Source: Paragordius varius
Taxonomy: Eukaryota > Animalia > Nematomorpha
Direction: 5' to 3'
Length of the DNA stretch: 64,000 nt
Assembly (NCBI GenBank): GCA_964247055.1
Contig: OZ176050.1
Span: 4,712,001 to 4,776,000, forward strand
Below, one piece after another: positions 14,201-26,199 of the stretch; position 1 is the first letter of the stretch, and each line of letters begins with the position of its first letter. Both the position numbers and the translations under genes were made by a program. The notes under the pieces were generated by a model. That model was not told the DNA's origin. It worked only from the letters and a program-made list of their open reading frames with translations, and searched no databases.

Positions 14201-15398
14201 TCAAAACTTACCAAAAACGATACCAATACCACCTTATTTTCCTCCCAAAATTCCTCCCATAGCAATACTTATTATTACGACCCTGTGGCGCATCTCGTTT
14301 CAGGCGCTTTGGCTGGCGGGTTAGCGGCCGCCATAACTACGCCTTTGGATGTTTGCAAAACTCTCTTAAACACGCAAGAGCTAGCCTGCTGTAAGAATCC
14401 AGGATCTGCTATAATCACGCCGCAACAATACAACAACGCATATAATTCATTTAATCCAGGGAATAATGGCAATAATGGTAAGTTTTTGGTAAGATAAGTT
14501 GCATACATGGGCAGTTTTGCTATCGGTTAATGTAAATTTGGCCCGTTAAAATTATACTTTATATGGCGAAATTTTTATGTTTTGTATTATGTTTAGAAGA
14601 TGTATTTTTGGTGTTAGTTAACAGGTATTTATAAATATAGTCAAACGGATGTTTGAACAATTTTTTTATAAATGAATAAAATGATATTTTAAAAATGGAT
14701 TTTCATAGATTTCACTGTGTAAATCCACCTTATTCTGAATATACATGCTGATTTATTATTATTTTAAATTAAATTTTACGTCATATATTTAGATGAATGC
14801 TTGGCAATATAATAATCATATTTTATTATGTTTTATTACAGAAAAATCTACAATTAAACATTCAAGTCTTTCACCCAAATATACACACAACATCAAGCCA
14901 CCAACCAACACAAGGCATAAAACGTCTCCACCACTCTTTCAAACATCATACACCGTTTTATCGACATACTCTCTAACTAATTCATCGAACGATGCTGCAA
15001 AACACATGACAAATGTTAAAAAAACAGATACCCATACCCAAACACACCAAAACAATTATAAAAATAATCCACCTTCACGCAATATAAGCTCATTACCACA
15101 GTACAAAACTTTAATCAATAATCAAGTTTTTTCTAAACATTTATCTTCTATGGGTAGTGGAGCTTCCGAAAATGTTACCCAAACCAGCTCAATAAAAGGT
15201 TTCTGGCAAGCTGCTCGAGTAGTTTATGGGGTGCGAGGTTTTCGAGGTTTTGCTCAAGGTCTTCAAGCCCGTTGTATTTATCAAATGCCAGCCACTGGAC
15301 TATCTTGGTCCGTTTATGAATTCTTTAAATATTGGTTAGCATCCTCTGCTACTTCAGCAAAGGATTCCACCGCTGCAAAATATGTTGAGACTACTTAA
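11274..15398 (+). CDS. SLC25A37: Mitoferrin (mitochondrial iron carrier, SLC25A37/SLC25A28 family)
   Basis: Exons 11274-11393, 11670-11997, 12431-12487, 13657-13880, 14183-14477, 14842-15398 give 1581 nt, 526 aa. Motifs [29 protein letters not shown], and carrier signatures PVDSVK, PVEVVKQR, PLDVCKT. A37 versus A28 cannot be assigned. Confidence 0.93.
13305..13637. mobile_element. 21-bp-repeat MITE, copy B (mitoferrin intron 3)
   Basis: ATAT-ACCATTTACA ... TGTAAATGAT-ATAT; about 4 units left and 3 right. Confidence 0.9.
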
Positions 15399-16285
15399 AC
15401 TCGGGATGAAATGAATGAAATATGCGAAATAATGCAATATAAACTTTTCTTTCATTCATTTATATCCACCTTACTTTTTGATTATTATCGAAAATTAAGC
15501 GCTTTAACCATATTTTACATTATTATAGTTTATTGAAACTGTACAAATAATTTCTCTAGAACAATTGTGAATTTCATTTTGTTTGTAAAATGCTCCAAAC
15601 TCAGAAATTTTGATTTTTTGAAGTGCTTGCTAATTTTTGTGTGCTGGATAATTATTCTATTAAATATGATATGATGCATGTAGAACGCACAACTTTTAAA
15701 TATCATTTTTTCTTGTCATTGATTTTATACGTAATCCTATTAAATCGTTTAACATATAGTTTATAATTTGATTAAAGCTATTTTTACAATTATAATAAAT
15801 TGTTTTATAAAATTACTTTTTATCCATAAATCTTGTGTTTTGAGATTCGGTAACAGATGTTGACCGCTATTATCTCCTCCTATTTAATATTAATAGCCAT
15901 GCAAACGCGTTTTTTGTGATTCCCTTTCACGAGTTAGATCAGTATTCAAAATATTCTAAATTCGTGCATTTAAAATGAAATTTTTGTGAATGGAAATAAA
16001 GCGATTTATTCAAATATTATATACCTTTTTCAATACCCTTCTGAAACCAAGGATTATCTTGGGTTAAACAACATCCTAAATAATATTTTTTATTTAACAC
16101 ACTTTTTCAATCAAACTCGAAACTTTTTCATTCAAATCACTCATTAAAATCAAAAACTTTATTAAATTTGGCATATAAAAATAATGTTAATAGGAACTCC
16201 CTTTTTTAATAGGGGAAATATTATGTAAAAAGTTAAAATAATATAAATGATAACATTAAATTTTGGAGACAAATTATTACTATAT

Positions 16286-17414
16286 AACAAGTGCATACAT
16301 AAGTTTTTACCGGTTTAACTTGGAGAAGACGTCAACGCAGACGATTAATTGGATACAGACCCCATGTCATCTAACAAACTACAAACACCCAATATTTGAG
16401 TTACCTAGAATCTAGTGTTATATTCATTCAGTAATCATGTCAACTTTTGTGCCTGAAAAAGAATATTTGCGGCACGCATTGCCATCAGGAAGGTTGTTGA
16501 AAAATTTGCTGATTGTGAACATCTTCTATCGATTAACATATGTAAAACATTTCGAATATATAAACTTATGATATCATATGAAAGAGTGAAGCTCTCTAGT
16601 AGATCGCACAACAAAGATCATCAAATGCAAGAGTTATTAAATGATGATGCAACTGAAATTCAACGGCAGAAGCATTACATGAAATCATAGATGTCTACAG
16701 GGAGAGATCAATAAACTCGGCAAATGGGTTACACACAATTTATATAAACGTCAAATCAAAATCGCAAAGTGAAGAGTGAATTCCTGCTTCAATATTACGA
16801 AAAGAAATCATTTTTGCATTAAATTTGTGTTGGGAAATGGCTATATTTTGTGTATAACAAAGCCGAAAAATCGTAACTCTCACCTTGCCAAGCCAGTTCA
16901 TCAACACCAAAGCCAAATCGTTTCGGCAAAAAACCATGCTCTCTGTCGGTGGGACTAAAGCGGCATAAAACCTTGAGACCCCGTATTGTTAATAAACAAC
17001 ACTATCGCTCTAACAAATACTTGATTAAAACCATGCATTAATCGAAAAACAACCGGAATGATCCAAATATGGAGTGATTTTGTTACATGCCAATGCTTCG
17101 TCAAACTGCAAAACCAGTGAAACCTAAAAATCTCTTTGATCAAAAATTTTCGCATCTGCTGACTCCTGCTGGCTACATATTAAATACAACTTCGCATCAA
17201 TGGGGCACATCCTCGTTGATCATTTCAATAACTTTAAAGACTTCGGAAAGTGGCTTGATGAATGGTTTTCTACAAATGAAAATCAGGCGATGGCATTTAT
17301 ATATTACTAGAGGGATGGGCAAAATGTCTAGAAGTCGATTTTGAATAATCTAAATATTGATTCTCAAAATTACATGGTTTTTACCAAAAAACCGGTAAAA
17401 ACAATACACCTTGG
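16286..17414 (+). mobile_element. Degenerate mariner element (Mos1/mauritiana-like)
   Basis: Imperfect TIRs sharing GTTTTTACCGGTTT at about 16286-16316 and 17389-17414 flank a decayed transposase. Confidence 0.85.
16437..17348 (+). pseudogene. Mariner transposase pseudogene
   Basis: Fragments in mixed frames: MSTFVPEKEYLRHAL, GKWVTHNL (WVPHEL motif), KKSFLH, PKPNRFGKKTML, FASMGH, KWLDEWF. These are collinear with Mos1 transposase. Many stops, frameshifts and deletions. Confidence 0.88.
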
Positions 17415-17587
17415 CAAATAAACGCCATTAAGACAAATTAGCAAAAAAACCAAAATAGTATTAAACGGCTGATTTATAAATATTTTTGGTGCCTTTTTTA
17501 CTATGATGTAAAATGAATAAATTTTATATTTATGATAATGTAAACATTATTTACCAAAAAAGATGATCAGAATATTTTCCTCTAGAA

Positions 17588-19220
17588 CAGGGTTTCTTAA
17601 ACTATGGGTCGCGACCCCATTTGGGATCGCGTAGCAAAATTATGGGGTCGTGAGTGATAAATATACATTTTAACAAAAAATCTTTTTTAACTTTTAAAAT
17701 AATTGTTAAAAAAAATAGCAATCATCGTAGATAAATATATCATAAAATCTTCCGGTTCGGAAAGACTGTTTCCAGCATTTCTATTGCGATCATTATAATC
17801 TATATATTTATAAAAATGGAAAATGCTGGCTTTGTGATCTGTTTCCGGAAAACCGGTAGACCCATTCAAATCCAAATGTCGAAAAAATATAATCATTAAT
17901 GAATGCCCCGACAATAGCTTCGCCCTTTTTTGAATTAGGTCCCGAGTTCGGGCCCACCGCGTGTAAAACGAGTTTTTGTGAAAACACAAGTTTACAAAAA
18001 TCGTGTCTCTGAGACAATTTCCGGAAAACCTGCTGGTCGATTTCAAATATGATTTTTTTATTTGTTTTCGATTGCGCCGAACATAGTCGGCTTACTTTTT
18101 CAATTTAGGCTCTCTTTTTACCCGCTCCCCCCGTAAAATGCCATTTTTTATAAAAAACTAAATAATTTTTTACTCAGGGTATGAGAACGTTAAAATTTAA
18201 TGAGGATTGCAGGTATTCTCTGTTAAAAGACAAAAAATTTAGTCTTGCGTTATTATAATATTGGCTCCTGGGTAAACAGATAACCGCTAAAACTCCGCAC
18301 TATCTAGAAATTTCGTTGTTTTGGAGCTAATTTACAGATATCAAACCATATGAGCTCATTAAAGGCTTGAAATATTCCTGTAAACTAGGTAAAAATTAAG
18401 ATTGGGTTCTTTTTATTAGCCGTTAATTTGGGGCCTTTATGCCCTGAAAATACGCCATTATATAACGATTATTTAGTGTTGAAGTATTTTTTCGATATAA
18501 CCCATGAGTCGATGGTATCAAAGATGTTCCCAAATTTTTGCCCTATAAAGGCAAAGGGTCTACCGATTTAAAACTGAGACGCCATACAAAATGGCGTAGT
18601 TTTGGAGCTAATATTCAAAAAATTTAAGGAGCCATACGAGTTCAGTAAAACACATTTCTGGGGAATTTGTATAATATAATTCTTTCCTTTAAAAAGGGAC
18701 CACAAATGATTTACTTTTTATATAACTTGATCCCAGCTGTGTCACAATTTGAAAATAAAACTATTAACCATGATTTCGTAAAACGAAAATCTTAAAATAA
18801 ATCCAATGATATTTGAATATTAACTTTAATAAGGGACAGTTTAAATATGGTCAATTTCGAGTAAAAAATATTATGCCTATGCAAAATATGTAAAAGAATA
18901 ATTAAAGACATTTTTTTATTAAATATGTTTATTATCATTTTTTATCTCCATTAACTCTATTTTTGCAAATTATTAAGAATAATTATCGGTGAGACTACAC
19001 ACCGAAGCGTGACAGGGCCAGCTAGTATAAATTTACTATGAATCAAAAATGTTATAGAAATTTATAAAAATGTAGATTTATTTTTGTCAATCTCTCAAAA
19101 CCGAAATATTCCTGATAGATAAAAAATTTCTAAGTGTTATTTTGAATATATTTGTTGGGGTCCTTAAGAAACTCGCAATCATAAATGGGGTCGGGAACTA
19201 CAAAAGTTTAAGAAGTCCTG
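17588..19220. mobile_element. hAT MITE (about 406 bp) interrupted by a Helitron
   Basis: TIRs CAGGGTTTCTTAAACT / AGTTTAAGAAGTCCTG, with subterminal GGGGTCG motifs. Flanks CTCTAGAA / CTCTATAT match at 6/8, consistent with an 8-bp TSD. Confidence 0.8.
17799..19025 (+). mobile_element. Non-autonomous Helitron
   Basis: 5' A|TCTATATATTTATAAAAATG and 3' GC-rich CACCGAAGCGTGACAGGGCCAGCTAG|T. Inserted between A and T with no TSD, and no Rep/helicase ORF. Confidence 0.75.
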
Positions 19221-19382
19221 CTCTATATAAATCTTTAAGGATTTTTAGACTTTCTCAACTAAGAGATATGAGTTTTTAGGTATAAAAATATCGCTAGGAT
19301 TATTTTTTGCGATTTATATCCTTTGAAGATGGGACTAAACCTCAAATAATTTAAGGCTCCGTTGTCCTATGCGCAACATAAA

Positions 19383-20052
19383 TTAAATATGAATAGTTAT
19401 TACAAATATCAATGCAGGTACAGAAAATTGTTTTAAAGGAATTATAGATTCGCGCGAGGAGCAAGAGCCATTACAGACACTGCTATTATTATAATGGCTA
19501 TTAATACTATAAATTTTTTGGAAAGCTGTATCAAATAAAAAAATATCTTATTTATATATAATGCTTTGAACGCGTTTCATACATTTATCCACTTTTTACG
19601 TATTTTAAAAAGTAAAACTGCATATTTTAATGACATAACTACACTAATTAAATTAACGTACCCTTATGAATACTGTTCAGAAATCTGACATTAAGTTGTT
19701 CCAGGCACATTACAATTTTTTCAAATTTTTTTATACCCCAAAAACGATAACTGTAATAAATTTAATTTATATTAAAAAATCTAACCATATAATACAGTTA
19801 ACATGTTTTTCAAGTTTAGTATTTCCTTTTTTAACTATCAGCCTGTTCACCAAATGCGGTAATTTTTGTTTTATCATACAAACTTTGACAGACACATTAT
19901 GTGAAGCAGAATTTATTATTAAACATCTTATTTTATATAAGCGGTAATTGCCAAAATCTTTACTTGACCATATTTGTATGGAATTTTTTTTGACGACTTA
20001 TACATAGCATAATGAAAAAAATACCGGATATCAAATGCAGTTAGAGGATCCT
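19383..20052 (-). CDS. Unknown small Cys-containing protein with hydrophobic C-terminus (5' end unresolved)
   Basis: Exons about 20052-20025, 19996-19964, 19926-19786, 19750-19662, 19525-19383 join in frame over four GT-AG introns (28, 37, 35, 136 nt). Product is about 145 aa, ending FSVPALIFVITIHI*. Confidence 0.7.
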
Positions 20053-20579
20053 CTTTTTGACATACATTTCATTACATTAAGAATATAATTAATTTAGCCT
20101 TTGAAAATAAAATTTTTTTGAAATGATTTTATAAAAATAACCACATGAATCTATTTTTATGTTTCAAAAAATGACATAATAATTAGTGTCTCTTAATTTT
20201 TAAGCCTGATTCCGGACGATACATATTTAGCAAATTACCGCAAAAGAGTAAATAAGTCCATCCATATGTATATATAAAAACGAATTCTTTGTTAAAAGTT
20301 TTAATTTAGATTTTTGATAAATACCAACACTTTTATTTTAAATTATTAACAGGTAAATGTTCATTTTTTAATTTATATTGTTCACTTGTAATTATTATCA
20401 TTGTTAAATAAATATTTACTCAAAATATTGTTTGGTAAGACCCACCAACCTTTACTATTCAAATATATACACCACATTGACACATTATATATAATTTATA
20501 TATATCATTTTTACATTAACACTTAATTTTAAACAATATTTAGTTTTATCCTATCCTAATATTCTGCTTTATATCACAC

Positions 20580-22356
20580 ATGGAGCCATCTTGTTTCTGG
20601 AAAAATGGGAATGAAGTAAATGGAGATCATGGTACCAAGGAGCTTATCAAGTATGATTTCAGTATTATAACATTATCCCCTAAATATTTTAAAAAATTTT
20701 CTTTTGCCCAAATAAATAGTATACTTATCTGATAAAAATATTTTTTGTAACTTATATGGGTTTACTGTTTTAGCTGTACGATAGCCATTGACAATGACAA
20801 ACTTTATGATGCAATATTGGCCATGAAAGATGATATCGTGAAACATTTTCCTGCTGGCTTTAAACCAACTGTCGGTATAATTACTGGTAGTGGTTTGGAC
20901 ATTGTTGTCAAACAAATGCAAAATACGGTTACGATCCCACAAAACAAAATTGTTAATATGCTAAGAAGTCAAGGTTAATTTTTATTGTATTGATATTATC
21001 TAAAAAAATATAAGGAAGAAAGGCGTAATGATAATATCACGCATGCATTCACAACTAAGCAGGCGAGTGTAACAGTTTTCTTAGGTCCAGTATTACCCGT
21101 CTTAAAAAGAAAAAAAACATATTTAATACCATATTTTTGTATATATTTTTTCTATAACACAGCTTTCTTATAATTTTAAGCCAGAGTCACCATTAATTAA
21201 TTAATATCTCATATTGTGAGAATTTTACTAAGTTCAATCGAAATAACTAATCGCTTTCAAAAATATAATGAATTTTCATTTGCACACAGTGTCGGGACAT
21301 GCAAATAAAATTGTTTTGGGACGTATGGGGAATCGGGATGTTATCTGTTTTGTGGGACGGACCCATTTTTATGAAGGATTTCCAACATCTCTGGTATTTC
21401 TCTCAAAAACTAATTTTTGTCATCCATTGATTTCATTAAACATAATTTATTTTCAAGCAATCATCAAAATTTTATAAAAACTATTATTTTGGTAAAATCC
21501 CATCATTATTAATTATATTATTGCAATATATATATATATATATTCTTATAATTATTGAGATAACTATGCCGGTGCGTGCAATGAAATTAATGGGGGTTCA
21601 ATATTTGTTTGTTACCAATTCTTGTGGAGGAGTTAATCCTTCTTACGAACTTGGTGACATAATAGTTCTTAAAGATCAAATAAATATTCCTGGCCTTTCA
21701 GGTCATCATCCCTTGATTGGACCCAATGATGATAGGTACATTTTTTTAAAAATGTCAAACCATGTTTTTCCAACAACCGCATATATATCTAAACGACTAA
21801 GGGTTCAATAGATTATGCTATAAATAACTTTTTTTTGTTAGATGGGGAACCAGGTTTCCTCATTTATTTAACGCCTACGATTACGAAATGCGGAGAAAAG
21901 TTGCCCAAATTTGTCAAAAACACCGTTTTCCCTATAAAGAAGGTATATACACTATGCAATCCGGCCCCACTTACCAATCTAAAGCAGAGGCGAGAAGTTT
22001 GCTGGAATTAGGAATTGATTTAGTGGGTAAAAAACATTTTATGTTAATATTGACATTTTTTACGATAATATTTATTGCATTATTTTAAACTGCCATCCAT
22101 AGGCATGAGCACATGTCCCGAAGTTATTGTAGCAATTCACTGTGGACTCAAGGTATGTGGTATGAGCTTAGTTGCATCCAACATAAAATACGACCATTAT
22201 GAGTATGAAACCTTACCCGTTCAACCTGGAGATATACAGGAATACAAAGTTACCAAAACTACTGAAGCCATTCAACACGAAAACGTGGTCAAGATTGCAA
22301 ATGAGAGTGGGGAATTGATGGGAAAAATGATTGCTGAAACAATAAAAATATTATAA
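20580..22356 (+). CDS. PNP: Purine nucleoside phosphorylase family protein (trimeric PNP type)
   Basis: Exons 20580-20650, 20774-20973, 21290-21393, 21560-21735, 21842-22026, 22103-22356 give 990 nt, 329 aa. Motifs GIITGSGL, GH, GRTHFYEG, TNSCGG, HPLIGPND, GMSTCPEV. Confidence 0.92.
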
Positions 22357-22520
22357 ATGAACTAACCATATATGCAAATGAATCGCTTAACTCTTTTTTA
22401 CTAATTTTCAGCTTATTTTAAAAATATATTTTTCTATTGGTTTACAGACTAATGCATATACTCGGCTATATTTAACAATAAATTGGTGCTTAGTCTATGT
22501 AGATTATTTATTAAAAAATA

Positions 22521-22713
22521 CAGTATGAGTAAGTATACATTTCTAGTTTTTCATCAATTATTGCCAAATAGAAAATGCAGCAAAGAGAATTATTATTGGC
22601 TAATAATTTTAATAAAATGAAAAAATAACTATAAGCCAATAATATTGCCCTTTGTTGTATATGCTATTTGGCAATAATTAATCAAAACAAGCAATGTATA
22701 TTTACTCATACTG
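22521..22713. mobile_element. Tc1/mariner-type hairpin MITE
   Basis: TA|CAGTATGAGTAAGTATACATT ... AATGTATATTTACTCATACTG|TA; palindromic over most of its length. Confidence 0.85.
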
Positions 22714-23489
22714 TATATATAGAAATTTTAACAATGATACAGGCTTGTTTTGTCATTATAAAATCCAATATATGAGTTAGTAATAATTTATAAACTTCCA
22801 TATATTAAACATAATATACTAAATAGTTTGTAATCGAAAGTGTTGGTAGGATTTATCGGAACCCGGGTTTATAAATTATTTAAATTTATAGCCAAAAAAA
22901 CATGCAAATTTCATAGACTACGGTAGAGCTTGACATAGTAAAAACAACTTTAGCCAGTCTTCCAAAGCTAGAAATAACCAATAAATTCTGATTATCTACA
23001 ATCACCAATCATGACTTAAATATCAATATAACCATATAATACTTTTTTAAAATGAAAAAAATCGCTTCTGTCTAGTTGCGCATAGATATTAACAAAACAA
23101 TAATTTTTGTCATGTTTTTTGAATAGGTTGGAAATGAAACGCGTTTTTTATCTGCGCCCGATTATTAAGACTTATGCATTTTCACCTTAGTTAAAAGGAC
23201 TATCAATAACACAGCTTAAATATTTAATATATCAGGTTATTTTTACTTAATAAACCATTCCATTTAAACGTCAATTACTTACTGAAAATTAATTAACCCT
23301 CAAACATTACAATTCTTCCTTGAACGTTTTATATCCAATTATAAATATAAATTATGTTTGGCTAATCCAACTAATTTAATATGATAATTTCTTAATGACA
23401 TAGTTCATCATTTTCTGTATTATGTTAGTTTTAAACATCATTTTTTTAGATAAAAATATACATATTTTTTGATTTCCAAAAACATTATT

Positions 23490-23594
23490 TTTGGGTAAAA
23501 TTGAAACATTCAAGGGTTCTAAAAAGTTTAAGGGTAAATCTGAATTGTTCAAGGGAATGAAAAGCGCAAGGGTAAATTCGAGGAAATGGTATTA
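23490..23594. repeat. Decayed arm of the 21-bp-repeat MITE family
   Basis: Degenerate TGAATTGTTCAAGGG units ending in AAATGGTATT. Confidence 0.5.
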
Positions 23595-23650
23595 ACACGT
23601 TAATTTTTTGTATTATTGTATCAAAGTAAAAACACATTTTCAAAAAAAAT

Positions 23651-25075
23651 ATATACCATTTTTCATGCAAAAACATCATTTTTTCAACCAAATGCAACAT
23701 TTTTTCAAGCAAACGCAACATTTTTTCAAGCAAAGACAACATTTTTTCAAGCAAACGCAACATTTTTTCAAGCAAAGACAACAATTTTTCAAGCAAACGC
23801 AACATTTTTTCAAGCAAACGCAACATTTTTTCATCCAAACGCAACATTTTTTCAAGCAAACGCAACATTTTTTCAACCAAAGACAACATTTTTTCAAGCA
23901 AAAACAACAATTTTTTAAAAATTAAAAACCATTTTTTTTATTTTAAGACATATTAAATTTAAAGTTAATGCAAATTAATTTTAGCGTAGAATTATGATTT
24001 TTATTATTTTATCATCAATATGTGATGGTATGATTGATTCAAACATAATTTTGCCCATAAATTGCATTGTTTATAATATTTTTTTTCTTATACAACAGTT
24101 TCACTTAATCAATAAATACAACTTGCGCTTAATAAGTGGTCTTGTTTAAAGTTTCTTTCATTTTTTTGCAAACAACCGTTATTTTCGTATGTTATCTATT
24201 TTTTAAAATTTAAACTAATATCTTTATTTATTAGTATTTGAATCAAAAATAATATTTTTATAGTAAAAACATCTTTATTTGTTTCGAACTAATTTCTTTA
24301 AATCCATATTATTAACTTATTAATGTTTTAAACTAAATATTACGATTAATAACCCACAAATCCTAGATGTTTAATAATGTTAAATTTTTTATAAAAAATA
24401 ATATTGGTATACGGTTCTTATGAAAGTAATGGTATTCCCTTAAAAGTTTTGGAAATAAAGAAAATAGGTTAATGATAGGATAGATGAATATAATATTACT
24501 TGATTAATAAAAGTTAGGATCAAAATTAAAATATTGAAAGACCAAATTAAAGTGTTCTAGGACCAACTTTAAATTTTCAAGGACAATCTTGAAGCGCAAA
24601 ATGTATAGACTGATAAGGTTAAACTAAAGTTGTAAAAGAAAAAAATAATATAATTAATGCAATTTATGGGCAAAATTATGTTTGAAAATCAATCATACCA
24701 TCACATATTGATGATAAAATAATAAAAATCATAATTCTACGCTAAAATTAATTTGCATTAACTTTAAATTTAATATGTCTTAAAATAAAAAAAATGGTTT
24801 TTAATTTTTAAAAAATTGTTGTTTTTGCTTGAAAAAATGTTGTCTTTGGTTGAAAAAATGTTGCGTTTGCTTGAAAAAATGTTGCGTTTGGATGAAAAAA
24901 TGTTGCGTTTGCTTGAAAAAATGTTGCGTTTGCTTGAAAAAATGTTGCGTTTGCTTGAAAAATTGTTGTCTTTGCTTGAAAAAATGTTGTCTTTGCTTGA
25001 AAAAATGTTGCATTTGCTTGAAAAAATGTTGCATTTGGTTGAAAAAATGATGTTTTTGCATGAAAAATGGTATAT
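23651..25075. mobile_element. Foldback element with about 450-bp arms, each carrying about 12 x 21-bp repeats
   Basis: ATAT-ACCATTTTTCA ... TGAAAAATGGT-ATAT. Unit TTTTTCAAGCAAACGCAACAT. Arms about 23651-24100 and 24628-25075 are near-identical inverted copies around a spacer of about 530 bp. Confidence 0.93.
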
Positions 25076-26199
25076 GTACAAAAGTTATAATATCGCGCAC
25101 GAAGAATAACAAATAGCGAATTGGGAATTGCAAGTAGGATGTTTTTATGAAGCCTAATACCTTAATGGCAAAAAGCATATCCTTGGCGTTTCCTAGAAAA
25201 TTTGTAGACATAAATTTAATAATATCCATTTAAATTAGCGTTTTTTTGATTGACCTCTGGGTTCAAACCATTAACTTAAAGAAGGGTTTTGAAAATACAT
25301 TTTAAAAATGTTGTAAAGCATTTTTTGGAAAATAATGGAATTTAAACTATATCCTACACCTCGATATCCAGATGAGTTTTCAAGTTTCCATGATCACAAC
25401 ACTAAATTGGGTGTAAATTCACAGTCAAAAGTTGAATATTAAAACTTATTAAAGCAGCGTATCTTTTTATCAATACCTTTTTATTAACAATCACAAATAT
25501 ATTAATCATACAATTTTAATCTAAATTTATAATCTATATTGTGAAAAAATTATTTTGATGAATTTTATAGAACCGTATTCTTCAACAATAGAGAGGAGGA
25601 ATCGGTAAAATAAATTTTTTAACACTTCATTACCGTTTGTAGTTTTATATCACAGAGTAAGTTATAATTTGAATATCCTAAATAGTGTTCATCAAAGTAT
25701 TGAGCCATATTTGATATGCTTTCTTTAAATTTTAGGGCACTGAGCTTTAAATATTTTAAAAAAATGTAAAATTGTATCATCATCTCAAAATTTTTAACCG
25801 CCATTTTTTTCTTTGCTTTTTTTAATCGTTAATATAACTAGCAAATAAATGTATAATATGGTTAAAAAAGTATTAACTTTATACCTGTTATGGTGCTAAC
25901 TTACCATATCGTTTCAAAAGAGATTAATAGCTCATTTGCATGAACATTTTTATGTATTATTATATTAGCCTCGCAACCAACGTATTATATTATTGAATAA
26001 CCTCGCAACCAACGTTTTTAGTGTTATTATATTATTGAATAAACTGTGGAGTTGCATCCTGATAAATTGAAAACATTTATACTTCATTAAGTTACATATA
26101 TATAGATATATTATTTTTGATATAGTCAACTAACGTGTATTTTTGATATACAATAAATATATCCTTTTACGCGTGGTCCCCTGTTTACAATATCCTAAT

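Noticed and set aside
17687-18046. 119-aa minus-strand ORF
   Set aside because: Antisense across the Helitron 5' end, with no transposase or Rep motifs.
23660-23910. Regular short repeats resembling a CRISPR array
   Set aside because: The units are head-to-tail with no unique spacers; eukaryotic context and no cas genes.
23485-25229. Heptad-repeat ORFs (LLEKMLR, KKCCVCL, QHFFKQT) that look like coiled-coil or Cys-rich proteins
   Set aside because: They are open in several frames on both strands only because the 21-bp unit lacks stops, and they are mirrored in the inverted arm.
25968-26043. Tandem duplication of about 32 bp (CCTCGCAACCAACG...)
   Set aside because: Only two copies; simple local slippage.
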